Shown here in pieces: positions 44,363 through 57,600 of a stretch of DNA of 64,000 nt. Source of the DNA: Nymphaea colorata (Eukaryota); NCBI RefSeq assembly GCF_008831285.2, contig NC_045138.2, positions 37,510,001 to 37,574,000 of the forward strand, given 5' to 3'. The first letter of the stretch is position 1; every line of letters starts with the position of its first letter. The notes beneath the pieces were generated by a model. That model had not been told where the DNA came from. It was given only the letters and a program-made list of their open reading frames with translations, and did not search any database. The position numbers and the translations under genes are program-made.

Positions 44363-47300
44363 ATGCATCATGAAGGTGCCTGCGTGCTTCTGCTGAGAAT
44401 GGCTCTGATGGTAATGGCACAGCAGGTTCCCTGCTTCTTCATATTTGGAGACTCTCTCTCTGACAGTGGCAACAACAATCGCCTTCTTACACTGGCCAGA
44501 GCGGACTACCCCCCTTACGGCATCGACTTCCCGCAAGGTCCCACCGGCAGGTTTAGCAATGGCCTCATCGCTCCCGATGTAATTGGCAAGTCCTTTCTCT
44601 GCCTTCCTCGACCTTGTGGTATTCAAAGATTTAGATGGCGCCCTTCTTTCATGCCCTCCTGTAGAATCGGAACTGCCATTGTTCTTGAATTTCTTACAGA
44701 ACTTTCTTGGAAGTATTCAAGTTTTTGGGTTCAGTATATCTTCCATAAATTCTCTTAGTCTCTCCTCCACATTCTGAACTTTTCTTCTTTTACTCTGTCT
44801 CTGCTCCTTGCATGCATAGCCCATTGTCATAGGGGAGCTTCACCATGGAAGTGGGTAGGCTTCCATGACTAGGAATACAAGCTACTGCCATAGATGGATG
44901 TTCAACATTTCCTTCTGATGCATGTAAATGCAGTATACTTGTGTGCGTGCGCGCGTCTATGTGGATACACGTCCATGTGCATGATGGTGGTTTCCCAAGG
45001 CTTTCAGTTGAATATTTATCTCTTGATTTTCATAACAGCAGTCGCAGTCAGGACAAAATGGAAATCCTCATCACCATTCTAACTTCATTTTAGAGCCCCA
45101 TTCTGTATGTGCATTAAACTGGGCGATTCATTGTGTTCATTATGAGGATGGCAGCAAGGGCCTGGAAATTTCATTTAAGCGTCATTACTGTGGTGCAGCT
45201 GAACTTCTGGGGTTCGAAGACCTCATCCCTCCCTATTCACAAGCAACTCCTCAGATGCTGCTCAAGGGAGCGAACTTTGCGTCTGCTGCTGCCGGAATCC
45301 GAGAAGAGACCGGCCGACTACTGGTACTTCATTTCAAACTGTCCTGAACATTTATCAATTGAAAGCGGGATGAGTTGTGGCTAATTTTACCCCGCTTAAG
45401 TGACTGAAAACCAGATTGGAGGGAGCCAGAGCAGTAAAAGCAATGTTACCGAAATTGACTTAAATCAGCTCTGAATTGGAACGAATTCTTCCTGAATCGG
45501 CAAAAATGGTGCTGAATAGAGCGATTCTGCCCCTTATTCTTTAAGTTCTATATTTAAATCTCTTTTTTCGTTTTAAATTTTAATACAAACAGAAAGTTCC
45601 TTTGCCAACTGAGTTTGATTCAGAAATTGATATCAATTCCGTTTAGATTCAAACATTTCTTTGCAACTTAGAAAGCAAAATGATTCGTTCAGAAACACAT
45701 TTTTAGCTACACTGGATGAAAGTTTTGAAATGGGAATGGGAGACCAATTCTTCTTGATCTAAGCTTTTTGTAAACTACGGTCATGTCAAACGAGTGGTGC
45801 CCTTGACTGGGTTCTGCAATTCTCTCTAGTACATTTGCAGAAAAATTGGATTTTCAGATAAGAGCAAACAGTACAAACATTAAACTAAAAGAGAATAAAC
45901 GTGATCAGTTGTTTTTTCTGAATTTTGGTGGACAGGGAGCAAGAGTTCCACTGAGAGGACAGGTGGAGGATTTTCATGACGCTGCTATGGTGATCGCAGA
46001 GATTCTTGGCAGTGAAGATTCAGCAGCAGAGCATCTCAGCAAGTGCATTTTCATCGTAGGAATGGGGGGAAATGACTACCTCAACAACTACTTCGTGCCT
46101 GGACTGTATCCGTCCAGTATGCAGTACACTCCAGAGCAGTATGCAGCTGAACTTGTCCGGTCTTATACTCAGCATTTAACGGTCAGTTAATTATACTCAG
46201 CATTTAACGGTCAGTTACTTAAAAAATTTAAAGCCACTTGGATACAAACTTAGTTTCCTTGCAACCCAAAATATTTTCATTTGATTATGTTCTAATATTC
46301 ATATTTCCATTCTTTTCTTTCTTTTTTCCCATGCCTGGATCATGGTGGTGGGCCGGTGGCATTTTCCCAAGGGTATAATAACACCTTGGAAGCGTCCCCA
46401 TGACATTGAACTTTATGAGGTTTCTAAAATTCAAGACGCTCAGGTTCTGTGTAGAAACTTTGAACTTTGAAGACCAAGAATTTTTGCTCTCATCGATCTT
46501 CTCTTAAATGGAAATATTATGACTTTCATAATAAGCACCAAAGTAGAATATTTTGTCATGAGGTTTCTAAAATTCAAGACGCTCAGGTTGTGTGTAGAAA
46601 CTTTGAACTTTGAAGACCAAGAATTTTTGCTCTCAATCGATCTTCTCTTAAATGGAAATATTATGACTTTCATAATAAGCACCAAAGTAGAATATTATGT
46701 CATGATTCTCAACAATGGCAGTCGCTAACTACTAAAATACGAGTTCACATGAACGAGAAGAAATTCTACTTCTTGTATTTGAAATAAGGGAATGCAAATG
46801 ATCCCATCAAACATTAGGTTAGAAAATGCATTATGAGTTACATTATTAATCCAAGATTCTTCAATTAGTGCACTAAGAGAACTGTAGATCCGGTATATAA
46901 TCAAATCGCATGATGGCCAAGAGCACTAGAATATCCTTTGCTGTTCAAAGGAGAGAGAGAAAGAAAATTGAGGATGATGATGATGATGATGGTGATGGTC
47001 ATGGGCGTGCAGGCTTTGTACAAGGAAGGGGCGAGGAAGGTGGCGATCTTCGGGGTGGGACCTGTGGGTTGCACACCGAGCGCATTGTCTCAGCACAGCC
47101 CGGATGGGGAGACGTGTGTGGAGGCCATCAATGACGCCGTCCGCAGCTTCAACTCTCGCCTGCCCGACCTCGTGGACCATTTCAACGCCAGGTTCGAGGG
47201 CGCCCGCTTCACCTACATCAATGTCTACGCCATGTTCGACGACATCCATAACAAGCCCTGCCACTATGGTAACTTCCTTCCTTTTATATATATCTACATT

Positions 47301-47668
47301 GTTTTAATGTTAGTTCAGCATAGTTTTGAATTATGTTTCTCATATTTGATTCATGTGCCTATCTTCTGTTCAACTTGTGTTGTCCCAACGAGGCCTGTTG
47401 AGCTAATTGTGAGTGATGTTAAAGATATGTGTCCTGTTGTTCAGGAATCACAGTGACGAATGTTGGGTGCTGCGGCTTAGGGAGGAACAACGGGCAGATT
47501 ACATGCCTCCCTTTCGAGGTGCCATGCCCCAACAGGAACGAATACCTCTTCTGGGATGCCTTCCATCCTACTGAGGCAGTCGGCATCATCCTCGGGAAAA
47601 GGTGCTTCGAGGCAGAGAAACCTTCAGATGCCTACCCAATTGACATTCGACGCTTGGCAGAGATTTAG
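44363..47668 (+). CDS. GDSL esterase/lipase (At4g18970/At5g45670/At1g29670-like), about 357 aa
   Basis: Exons 44363-44585 (FIFGDSLSDSGNN, PTGRFSNG; GC donor), 45199-45323 (GANFASAAAGI), 45936-46181 (GGNDY), 47013-47268 and 47445-47668 (FWDAFHPTE catalytic D-x-x-H). The choice of start ATG is uncertain. Confidence 0.93.
46163..46217. repeat. 27-bp tandem duplication spanning the GDSL exon 3 splice donor
   Basis: TTATACTCAGCATTTAACGGTCAGTTA at 46163-46189 and 46191-46217. Confidence 0.95.
46415..46701. repeat. 143/144-bp tandem duplication in GDSL intron 3
   Basis: Copies 46415-46557 and 46558-46701 with few differences and ATG microhomology at the junctions. Confidence 0.92.
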
Positions 47669-48674
47669 AAACGCAGCATCTCCGTCTTTCTCTCATTCTT
47701 ATTTGCTTATTAGAGCCTGTCGGAAAGGAAGGAGGAAAACATTTCGAAATGTTACCATCGGTCCTTCTGTCGCGTCCCCACGTGTGGGACGGGCCAATGT
47801 TTCCAGATAAAAGAGCATTTTTGTAATAAAGGGGTAAAGTTTTCTCATGCAACTTGTGCTGTATGGTTCGCAAGGCTTTGCACGCACTCAGAGAATGATG
47901 GGCAGTTCCAATTAATGCTAGCTGTGTTTGAGACTTCGTTTGACATCAAAACTACTAAAAAGAAAGGCCAAGATCAGCAACCAAGATTGCAGTTTCGTTA
48001 GTAGTGCTCAATGCACTTTAACATGTATTACACAAAATAAAAAGCTACCATATATTCATGCAAAACTCACTTCAGAATCTTGCTGAAGTACTTGGAAAAC
48101 TTGGATCCTCTTTACAAACTCTAGCAAGGAAGCATCTTTAGAAACACTAATCTCCAGCAGGTCTTAAACACCTCCATGTCGGTACTAATATTGGGGTTTT
48201 GTTCCACCAGCAATCGGCATGTTGCAAAGTCTCCCGCCCTCGGTGCAGTTTTCGTCGGGACTATAAAAAAACTGCCTACATGTCTACCAAAATGCATCAC
48301 CATCCTCATCATGACAAGGAAGAAAAAAAGTCGGATTCTGTTTGTTTTCAGCTATCAAAGCTTTATAATAAGCAAATAACGGGCAAGAGATGGAACTAAG
48401 ATAATTTAAATAACGTTATGATCTTACAACCAGTTATGTTCCAAAAGAAAACAGGCTGGCTCAAACATTTTATGATGGTCTTTAGATGCTAGCTAGGAGA
48501 ATACTTAATACATCCACCAGATTCTCCCTATTTTCTCCTCCCAGCTCTTTCCCCCTCCCTTTGGACGATTAGACTACATAACTTCATATTTAAGATTGGG
48601 ACCTTGATCCAATAAAAACCATAATACTGGCAACTATAAGCCATCTTCATAGTCTTGGATCCTTCCCAAGTAGC

Positions 48675-51600
48675 TCATCTGCTTTAACAAAATAAAAAAC
48701 AAGCCAGCAAAGCAAGTTGATTTAACAACAAAAACAAACCAAACAAGCAAGTTAGTTTAATTATGAATTATCTGCTGCCACTGAAACAAGATTATGTATG
48801 TGATGGGACTGTAAATATATATGGTAACAAACAGCACAGTTGGTGTTTGTGGCTATGAGCATGCACATGTATGTCGGCAGTCCATGCATTGAAAGAAACG
48901 GCCAGGCTTGCAAGTAAAATCAAAGATGGTGCCTAAAAATCTTCTATGCAAACAATTGGGCTGAAATATGAATAGGCTTAAGCTGGGCTGAAACCCTCAA
49001 CGGTCAAGTACCTTTGCTGGTTGAATTGAGGTCTAAGCCCCAGCTAATCTGGCCAGCTCAATTTCAGGCATATGTGGGCCTTACCAAGCCACGATCAGGC
49101 ACGGAACGTCCAACCTAGTCACAAAGAGGAGAGAGAGAGAGAGAGAGAGAGTACCCAAGTTGAAGGGCCGTCCTTTCCTGGTGTGATGAGTAGTGGTGGT
49201 GGTGGTGGTGTTGATGGTGGGAAGGTTCCAATAGATTGACATGCTGGAAGGTCATTGGAAGAACCTCATACTCTGATGATGGGCCCCCAGTCATCACAGT
49301 CACATGCTGCTGCTGCTGCTGATGTGCCCTCTCATTCTCATTGATCTAAGTCAAGTCATTCATGTCAATATAAAGATGGTCTGATTCAACCCATCAAGTC
49401 ACATTTCTTCACCAGAAGAATAGCATGGCTTGATTGATTAACAAACTCTTCATAGAGCTCAATAACATTTGAGTCAGAATCATCCAAGAACATCATTCCA
49501 TTTTATGAGAGTTCTAACTTACCCTTGCTCTTAGATATATATTCTCTTTTTGCAGATCGTCATCCTGCAAGAAATATTAAAGTGCATTACAGGTGGTTGT
49601 AGGAATTGCGGAAGACCAATTGAATACAGGAACAGGGATCAGCCGAGTGAGTTCCATTACCCTTTTCTTCATATACTGGATTTCAGCATTCAACAGATCA
49701 TTCTGGCAAAAGCATAACCAAATATGACCACCAATTAGAGTTCACAGAAACTTGCTATCATGATTAAGGTTGCATTTCAGAACGTAACAAACAGAGTAAG
49801 AACAATAGATGGGCATAGGTTGCATGGATCATGAATTACATGATCAGTTTATATATATGTATGACTGTATAGTATATACATTACTTATGTTGTCCTAATC
49901 TATGATGGTATGCATGATATGAATAGGATGACTTCAGGGAGTCTTTCCAACTAATCATGGTATGGGCATCTGCCACACATGCCATTGATCAACATTGAAC
50001 TCTATGGAAGGAGAAAACCAGCTTAAGCTTTTGAAATTTAAACGTACCTTTTTGCTTCTTATTTTGCTGATACTTCTCTCCAATTTGCTTTCTAAGTTTT
50101 TGAGGTCTCGGTGACTCATTTCACTAATACCTTCACCCAACATTTGTCTACAACAGTCTGCATTGTTAGTATATCAGACCGTAATAATAAAATTAAAATG
50201 AAAAAAGGACAACTTCACCTGTTATCTTGTTGAATTTTGCTGATCTGCTGCCGTAGTTTATGTGATTCGTGTTGGTAATACTGGTATAGTAAAAAAAAAA
50301 AAAAATCGTGTTCAAGTCCAACGTGAAAAAGAAAAGAAGACAAGGACATCATTCTAATATGCCATTGAAGAGATCATGCAAGTCGAAGCTTAAGGTTAGA
50401 ACGCAAAAGAACAAAAGAAAAAGCCTTTTTCTTTTTGCTGCTAAATCATTCAAAATTACATTAATCAGGCGCATCTACAATCTATTTTCTATGGTCATAA
50501 ATAATTGAACTGTAGGCCCTCCAAGGACCACCTTATCTTTTCAAAACATATATAAATTTTGTTCATGTAACAATTTACAAGAAAAAGTTAACCTCTGAAT
50601 GAAAAATAATAATCACATTTGCTCACCCACAGGCATAATCACTTCCTTTTTCCTTCAAGAGCAATTAGCAATATCATGACGAAAAATCATTCATACATCC
50701 ATTTTGACATGTCATTCTTTGAGTGAGTGTGTGTGTGTGTGATTTTTGATCTGTGTAGCTTACTTCAAACATAAATAGCAGTATAAGAACGGAAATGAAA
50801 AAAAAAAAAGACTAGTGAACTCGCTTTATTACTCTCTCTCTCTCTTATATGAATGTCCATCTAAGTATCTTTAATGCTGAGAACTTTTATAAAATGGTAA
50901 ACAAGACAAATGAATAACCTGAAAAAAATTGCATGTTGAAAATCTCCCACTAGGATGACCACCAACCTACTGCTTGTTTCGTTGGCTTCCTCTTCTTCTG
51001 CTTGATGAATCCAAGGTGCTCTACTTATCAAGCCTAAACGAGGAGTTGTGCACATTAATCACGTCTGTTAAGAAGAGATCGGTGTATGTTGTATAAACGA
51101 CGACTCTTCAAATACTATTATGAAGCTCTCAGTGAGTAAAAAAAGTTTGGGCTTAGGAGGCTTGAATTCATTTTGGTCTAATCACTATGGTTTAGTTTTC
51201 AATTGCTGATTAAATTTTGCATGTGTCTAGAAGGAAACATGGAATCATTATGGAGCATATACTAGTATTCTCGTTTCATGGTATTGAAACGTCAAAAACT
51301 TTCTATCCTTAGGAGTTGGTTCTGTCATTGCCCTTTGATTGCGCATGTGCCATTTTATGATTCTAATGTTGCCTCATCACTCTTTTAATAAACTTTGCCA
51401 TTTATTCAAGAAAAGAAAAAAAATACTAACTCATGTTTTGCAAATTTAAAAATGTAAATTTGTTACATGAAATCGAGCAGTCATTGTCGCATCATCAACA
51501 AGTGGAGTCTTTGGATCGAACCATGACCAAAGAAGAATCAACATCTGCAAAAGTCCCATCATGGACTCACTGGACTTATATGGTGTCCTCATGTTCCTTA

Positions 51601-54600
51601 AAGCCAAGAGAAACAGGTCTAGAATTTTTTCAAATGCATCAAGTTGCAATGACTGCAATAGGAAATCGCTCCGTAGAAACTTAGTCTGTAAAAATTAAGA
51701 TTTTGTGGAATGAGAATATGAGGTTGCCAATGTGTAGATGTTACCAAGTAAAGAAATTGTAGGTATTAAGCAACAAGATGGATTAGAAAAATATTACGAC
51801 AAAAACATGGTTTTAGGGTTCCATGCTTATTTGTTTCCCATCTATAGACACAACTTACAATTATGATGTCAGGAAACTCTAGGAAATGGAAATTGTGGTC
51901 ATACTTCGAACTTCAGTTTCTCTCCCGAAAATGTAAGAATAATAGACACGTAAAATACAGAAATAGAAAATAATTTGATCTTAATTTTTATTTTGTTAGT
52001 CTGGTGACATGATATCATAGTTTTAGGTTTGCCTTTTCCACAAAATCTCAAGTAGCTTTCAATGTTAGGTCAAATATTAAAAATCTGTAAGAGAGCACAA
52101 ACACATATTCCTGTTATTAGATGTCAACACCTTCAGTGATGATAGGTAGCAGTCATTAATTATTAGTGACAAAGGAAGAAAAGTTGAACATTATTTGTTA
52201 TGTATTTGGATTCAGTAAGTAAATAGTGGAGGCATTTGGAAGGTACGAGCCTGAAGTCAAAGAAGAATATAGGAACGTCTTGGGCTTAGATGTCACAGGA
52301 GACCAACTCAAGAAGTCAGAGGAGCTTCTCATAAATACTTAATGTGAAGGTAAATCTTACCACATTATCCTATGAAGACTGCTGCAATTTGCTAGTTTTG
52401 GATGTATAATTAATAATTTTTGAAAGAAGAATAATCCTTAAAGCAAGAGTGGTAAAAAAATAATAATTTAAAATTTGATAACAATAGCCCCACTAAGACA
52501 CTGAGGGCAAAAAGCTTTCTGTATTCGAATGTATCCAAAATATTCATTTCATCTTATCCTTAAGAGTGGTGTCAATCTGCTGTACATTTCTTCCTTAATA
52601 TTAAGGTCCTAAACCTGTATAAATATGTATTTAATAATTGTTGGGTTCTTTGTTTTGATCCTGATTATTTTTTTTTCACATAACAGAACAATATCACTAA
52701 AGTAATTGACTTTTCTAGATAATTAGCCATTCTCGTACCAGAATTTTCTTGAGATCAGAAGTAGACAATTGCACTCATCAGGTAGGCACTACTTAGATGA
52801 CAAGAAGAAAAATTATTGGCTAGCAGTTGGACCTGAGAAGATTTGATTAGAGGTCGGATGTTTGGATGGTCAACCATCTATCTGATGGATTTTCAACTCT
52901 TCTATCATCTTTTTTCGATTTCAGTGAGCCTAATCTCTTTGAATAAGGGCACATACCTCCATACCTTTAAGGGAAGGACCATGCTTTGCCTTATTCATGC
53001 AAGGGGTGGGCTCCCACGGGGTTTCAACCTCAGGCCACTTGCCTAACAGTCATGGCAGCCCCACTGCGACAGGCCCCATTGAGGCAATTTCCAATAACCT
53101 GCTGTACGTGTTAAGTATGAATGCCTCTTTACCAGCTTCAAGAGTTTCAAATTCAAGGTGGATGCTAACCATCCTTCCCGTAGGTGTACCACTAGATAGA
53201 TTACTGTCAATGAAGCCCCAAAAAATTTGACAATCTTATAACAAGTGTACCATGAATTTACCCTAATTTTTAGGGCATATGCATGTAATAGTTATAAGTT
53301 GTTCTCATTACTAAATTACCCAAGTCTTCTCTTGCACAACAAGCTTAATTGTCGCTTGAATGGCAATGGAAAGTTGCAGACCTATCGCTTCCATAGAGCT
53401 TATTTTCCTTGGCAAAGTTCTTCCAAGGCAAGGAGAATGAACCTCACTAGGATTTGCCTCTTAGAGAGTGTCTCCATTAAGTGGTTTAGTTCTTTGAAGC
53501 CTCCTCATTAAATCACAATAATCTTGAGTCAGCCCATTCGAATATAATTGTTATTTTAAAAATTTTTCTTAGTTGATAGCATTTTTTTAAATTTATTTAT
53601 TTCAACATTTTTGCTGCTTCATAACTGATTCAGCTGAATCAGTGAATCAACCAATTTGCAATTGGATAACTTCACTATTTGATTTATAAAACTATTTTTG
53701 TAACCATTCTCATTGTTAAAAAAAAGAAGAAGAAGAAAAGTGAAACATACACTTCATTGTCAAATTCAATTGCTCCTCAGAAGGCATGCGATAGAGCATC
53801 CCCACATAGCTGCTTCAGGTTCATGAAATTCTTACAAGGAGACAGTCCTTACGTTTCTGATCTTCCCAACACGTGGTCTATTCCATTCTTTCTGCTTCAT
53901 TTTTCCTCCTCTTATCTTGATTGCAATTATGACTAAGGATGTAAATGGCTTTGGATTTGAATCATCTACATACATTGGCATGGGTACAATTGAACACAGC
54001 ACTGCTAGCCAAGAAAGGTGTACACCCAACGATCGCTTTTTTGAGCGTTGAAACTAACAGTCTGCATCTCTAGATGGTAGTACTGAGTCATCATGGGCCG
54101 CCCGACTAAACGAGAACCCATGGTCCATGGAATCATGTACATCTTTAATTTACTGTGACTTGTTTTCCCGAGAAAGATTTCTGAGTCATGCAGATCGGAG
54201 AAAGAAAATACTGAAAGGCAAGAAACAAAGACGGCATGAAAGAGGTGGATTTAGGGTTCATACATCAAAACCGACAGTATCCTTCATCACCAAAATTTGG
54301 GAATGCATTCCAGAATCTTACTTTCATTGAGAAACTTGATTTCTGTGTCTTGGTACACGTAACTTTTAAATTTATAGAATTGCAAGCCCTAGAAGGTGTA
54401 GGAAGCATCTTTTGCTTTTGAAGTACTTTTTAGTATTTGAAGGAACTGATCTATGTTCCAAGATATATAGGCACAAGTACTCAAGGTATATCAGAATGTT
54501 TTTGTTTTCACTTTCTATACATTAAGATGGTGTTGAAATGTTGAACTATGATTTTTGAGAATGGAGTTGCATTTTGAGCTTGTCTACAATTACAACAATT

Positions 54601-57600
54601 GGTAATATTGGGTTTGCTGAAATTCAAATTAATTTAATGGATTATTGCTATTGAAATAATCGGTTCTTAATTATCATCCTTTTGGTAAGCACTTATTTTA
54701 AAATTAAGGCAAAATTACAGTTTGTCTACTCATTTTTTGGTTCTTCATCGGAAGCTTAATTTAAAGCAATCTATAATAAACAAGAATCATTAATTAGTTC
54801 AAACAAAAACTAAATAGAAAGGAACTTTACCCTAGGATGACAAAAAGTACATAAGATAATGATGTTCAACGGTTGGACCTTTCAAGTGACAGACCAACTA
54901 GCCCTGAAGGTTAAAAAAGACTGGCGAAAAGGGCAGAATGTGGCTCTCTAAATACCTAAATTGCACTCTATGGGTACACTTGATAAGAAAAAATATTATA
55001 TTAATATATTCTTAGAAGAGCTGTTTTTAGAACAGATAATCCAAGAACACCCCTTGTTTTAGAAAATATAATGTGATTACAAATGTTATTTCTACTTCAA
55101 TCTATCAAACTTTGGAGATAATCATACTAAGTTTTCTTAAAGAAGAACGTTATGCTATGTTGCATAACACTTCAAAGAGAGTCCGTGTCAGATGCTTCTT
55201 GACACCGACATCGACATGCATCAAAATGCCTCAAACACAGCATTTTTGAAATTTGAATTGCCTAAAAAAAGATACATATATCTCTTTTCTAACACATCCT
55301 TAAGATTGAATGTTTAGAGTTAAAAAAGTGTCTCGCATGACTTGAAGAATGGACACAGGTGACGCATTTGAAATCAAGAAACTTCAAAGGTTTTACCCAA
55401 ATGTCATAAAAGATATCGATGTTCGAATAAGACATTCCATTGTCTTCTCCAAGGGAACAACACTAAGCCACATGGGTATGGCACAGGATTCGGATATTGG
55501 TACAGGACATGGGTATGAGTATGATAACTTTAGAAAATGTAAATACTATATATATATATATATATTACATACACACATACATACAAAATCCCACAAAAAT
55601 TTACACATTTGTTTAAAAAGAAAAAAAGGTTTGATACATTTTGAATCGAGTCACACACAGACACAAATATACACAAACTCCCATGGAAAATTCATGCAGT
55701 TTATTAAAAATAAAAATGATTTAATGTGTTTTAGATCGGATCTGACACACCCGAAGTCAAACAATGTCATGATGAGTCCCAGTACCAGCGGGCCGCATCG
55801 GCATGCCAACAATTTCTAGCTTTTTTTTTTTTAAACTGTGGGTATGAGTCACTATCATGTAAATTACATTTTACAGAATTTAAAGATTTGAAGTTGTAGT
55901 GATATATAAGGAGAAACCATTGATGTAAGAAATAAAACTAAAGAACTATCAATCCAGTCATATATCATTGGCATCTCCGTGCTATTGAACCTTAAAGCTT
56001 TTTAGAAGCATTTTGAGGGTTGCGGCTTATTCATTCAAAGATCACGTTTGCTCAAAGTTTCTTACCAATTATGATATTCTCAAGAAACAATACATTATGA
56101 CATTACAAAGTCATTTGAAGAATATTGTGTTTTTGAAACACATGTTCGTAGATTACATGATTCAAGAACAATACCTTCTAAAGTATGTGATCATAAAAGT
56201 CGTTTCTAGATCTGACAATCAAATGTAGACGTGGACATATCATGTTCTTTTTTAATGAAAACATGGTATTCTTAGAACATGTGTTATAAGAAAATGTGTT
56301 CCAAGAACACAATGTTCTTTTCACTGAAAACCCTAGAACAGTATTATGATCTAATAATTTGAAAAAAAAATTTCAGTGATCGCAGAAATGTCTTCGTGGG
56401 TTTTGGGAAGAAACTAGAAAGGCTCGAGACAAAGTGGTTTGTTCTCACCATGTTATATTCAACATGATTTTATTTGAGGCTCATCTGATCAATCAGACGC
56501 CAGTTGGTGTATGTATGGCACTCCTTTAAGTAGTCCCCCTTAGGTGCACCAAGAATTTGAAACTGCCTCGTGATCTTTCTTTTTTCCCCCTTCTTGAGAT
56601 TCAAAGAGTCTCCGTGACTGTATGTAGTTATATATATATATATAACTGGGATAATCCCCTTTGAAAAGCATCACATGTGCTACTATCATGCCATGATTTA
56701 TGCTTATGGGCATATGAATTACTAATTCTTTTTACTTTTTCTTTTCAAATATAAGCTTTACCATGCATGAAAAGAAACCAAATACGAAACCATTTTAGGC
56801 AGAAAAGGGATCTGCCAAAAGATATACCTTGTACGCCACATTTTCTGTTGAGCTTTTATCTAAGCATCACCTATTGTATGTAATCACTACCAAAAAAGAT
56901 GATGCCTTCGTAGCTTCGATATTCCTGAAGAATTAACTCCACGGTTCCTAGAACGGGATAAGACACAAGCTGTAGGGAAAAAGGTTCTTACATCACAGTG
57001 GAAAAATAGATTTTAAGTTCCCCAGAAAAGAAGGCAGTGAATAGTGAAATAGAGGGTTTCGGAATAACAGAAAATAGGAACTTGGTGTTAATTTACAGAA
57101 AAAAAAATGCTATTTAAGCACAAAAGATTGTGCAACCCGAAATTGAGAGCATGACAAGTGCAAGGGACAGCTGCAAATGGGGATGCAAGTACCAACATCA
57201 ACCCTGTGCATGGATAGCAAAATTTATTCCAATTTGTTTATGTACAGAAATTTTAGGGCCATTAGAGTATTCTTAAGGTTTCCATGTTACAGAAAGGAAT
57301 GGCCATATGTTTTTTCACGAAGAAATTTGTGTTTTCGGTTTCCTTTAGATTAAAACCATGCATTGCAAAAGCTTTACGGAATTGCACGGCATTAGTTGAA
57401 ATCAGCTCACAGTCACGTTTTTCAAAATAAGATTGAGCTATGGCTTGTTCTTTCAATTTTATGTAAGTGGAAATCTTGAACTTTAGAATCGTCAGTTTTC
57501 AGGTGTTCAAGTTGGGTTGATGGAAATAACATTTTTAGTGCTTATGAATCATGTTCGCCGACTGTTATTCCACTTATTACGTATAGTAAGAGTGGAATCC

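Noticed and set aside
46415..46701. Direct repeats as CRISPR arrays or LTRs (also 23674-24106)
   Set aside because: Only two adjacent copies, no unique spacers, no TG...CA/PBS/PPT structure, and the context is eukaryotic introns.
55349..55819. 156-aa ORF antisense within AG intron 3
   Set aside because: Runs through a (TA)n tract and repeat debris, with no recognisable domain or splice structure.
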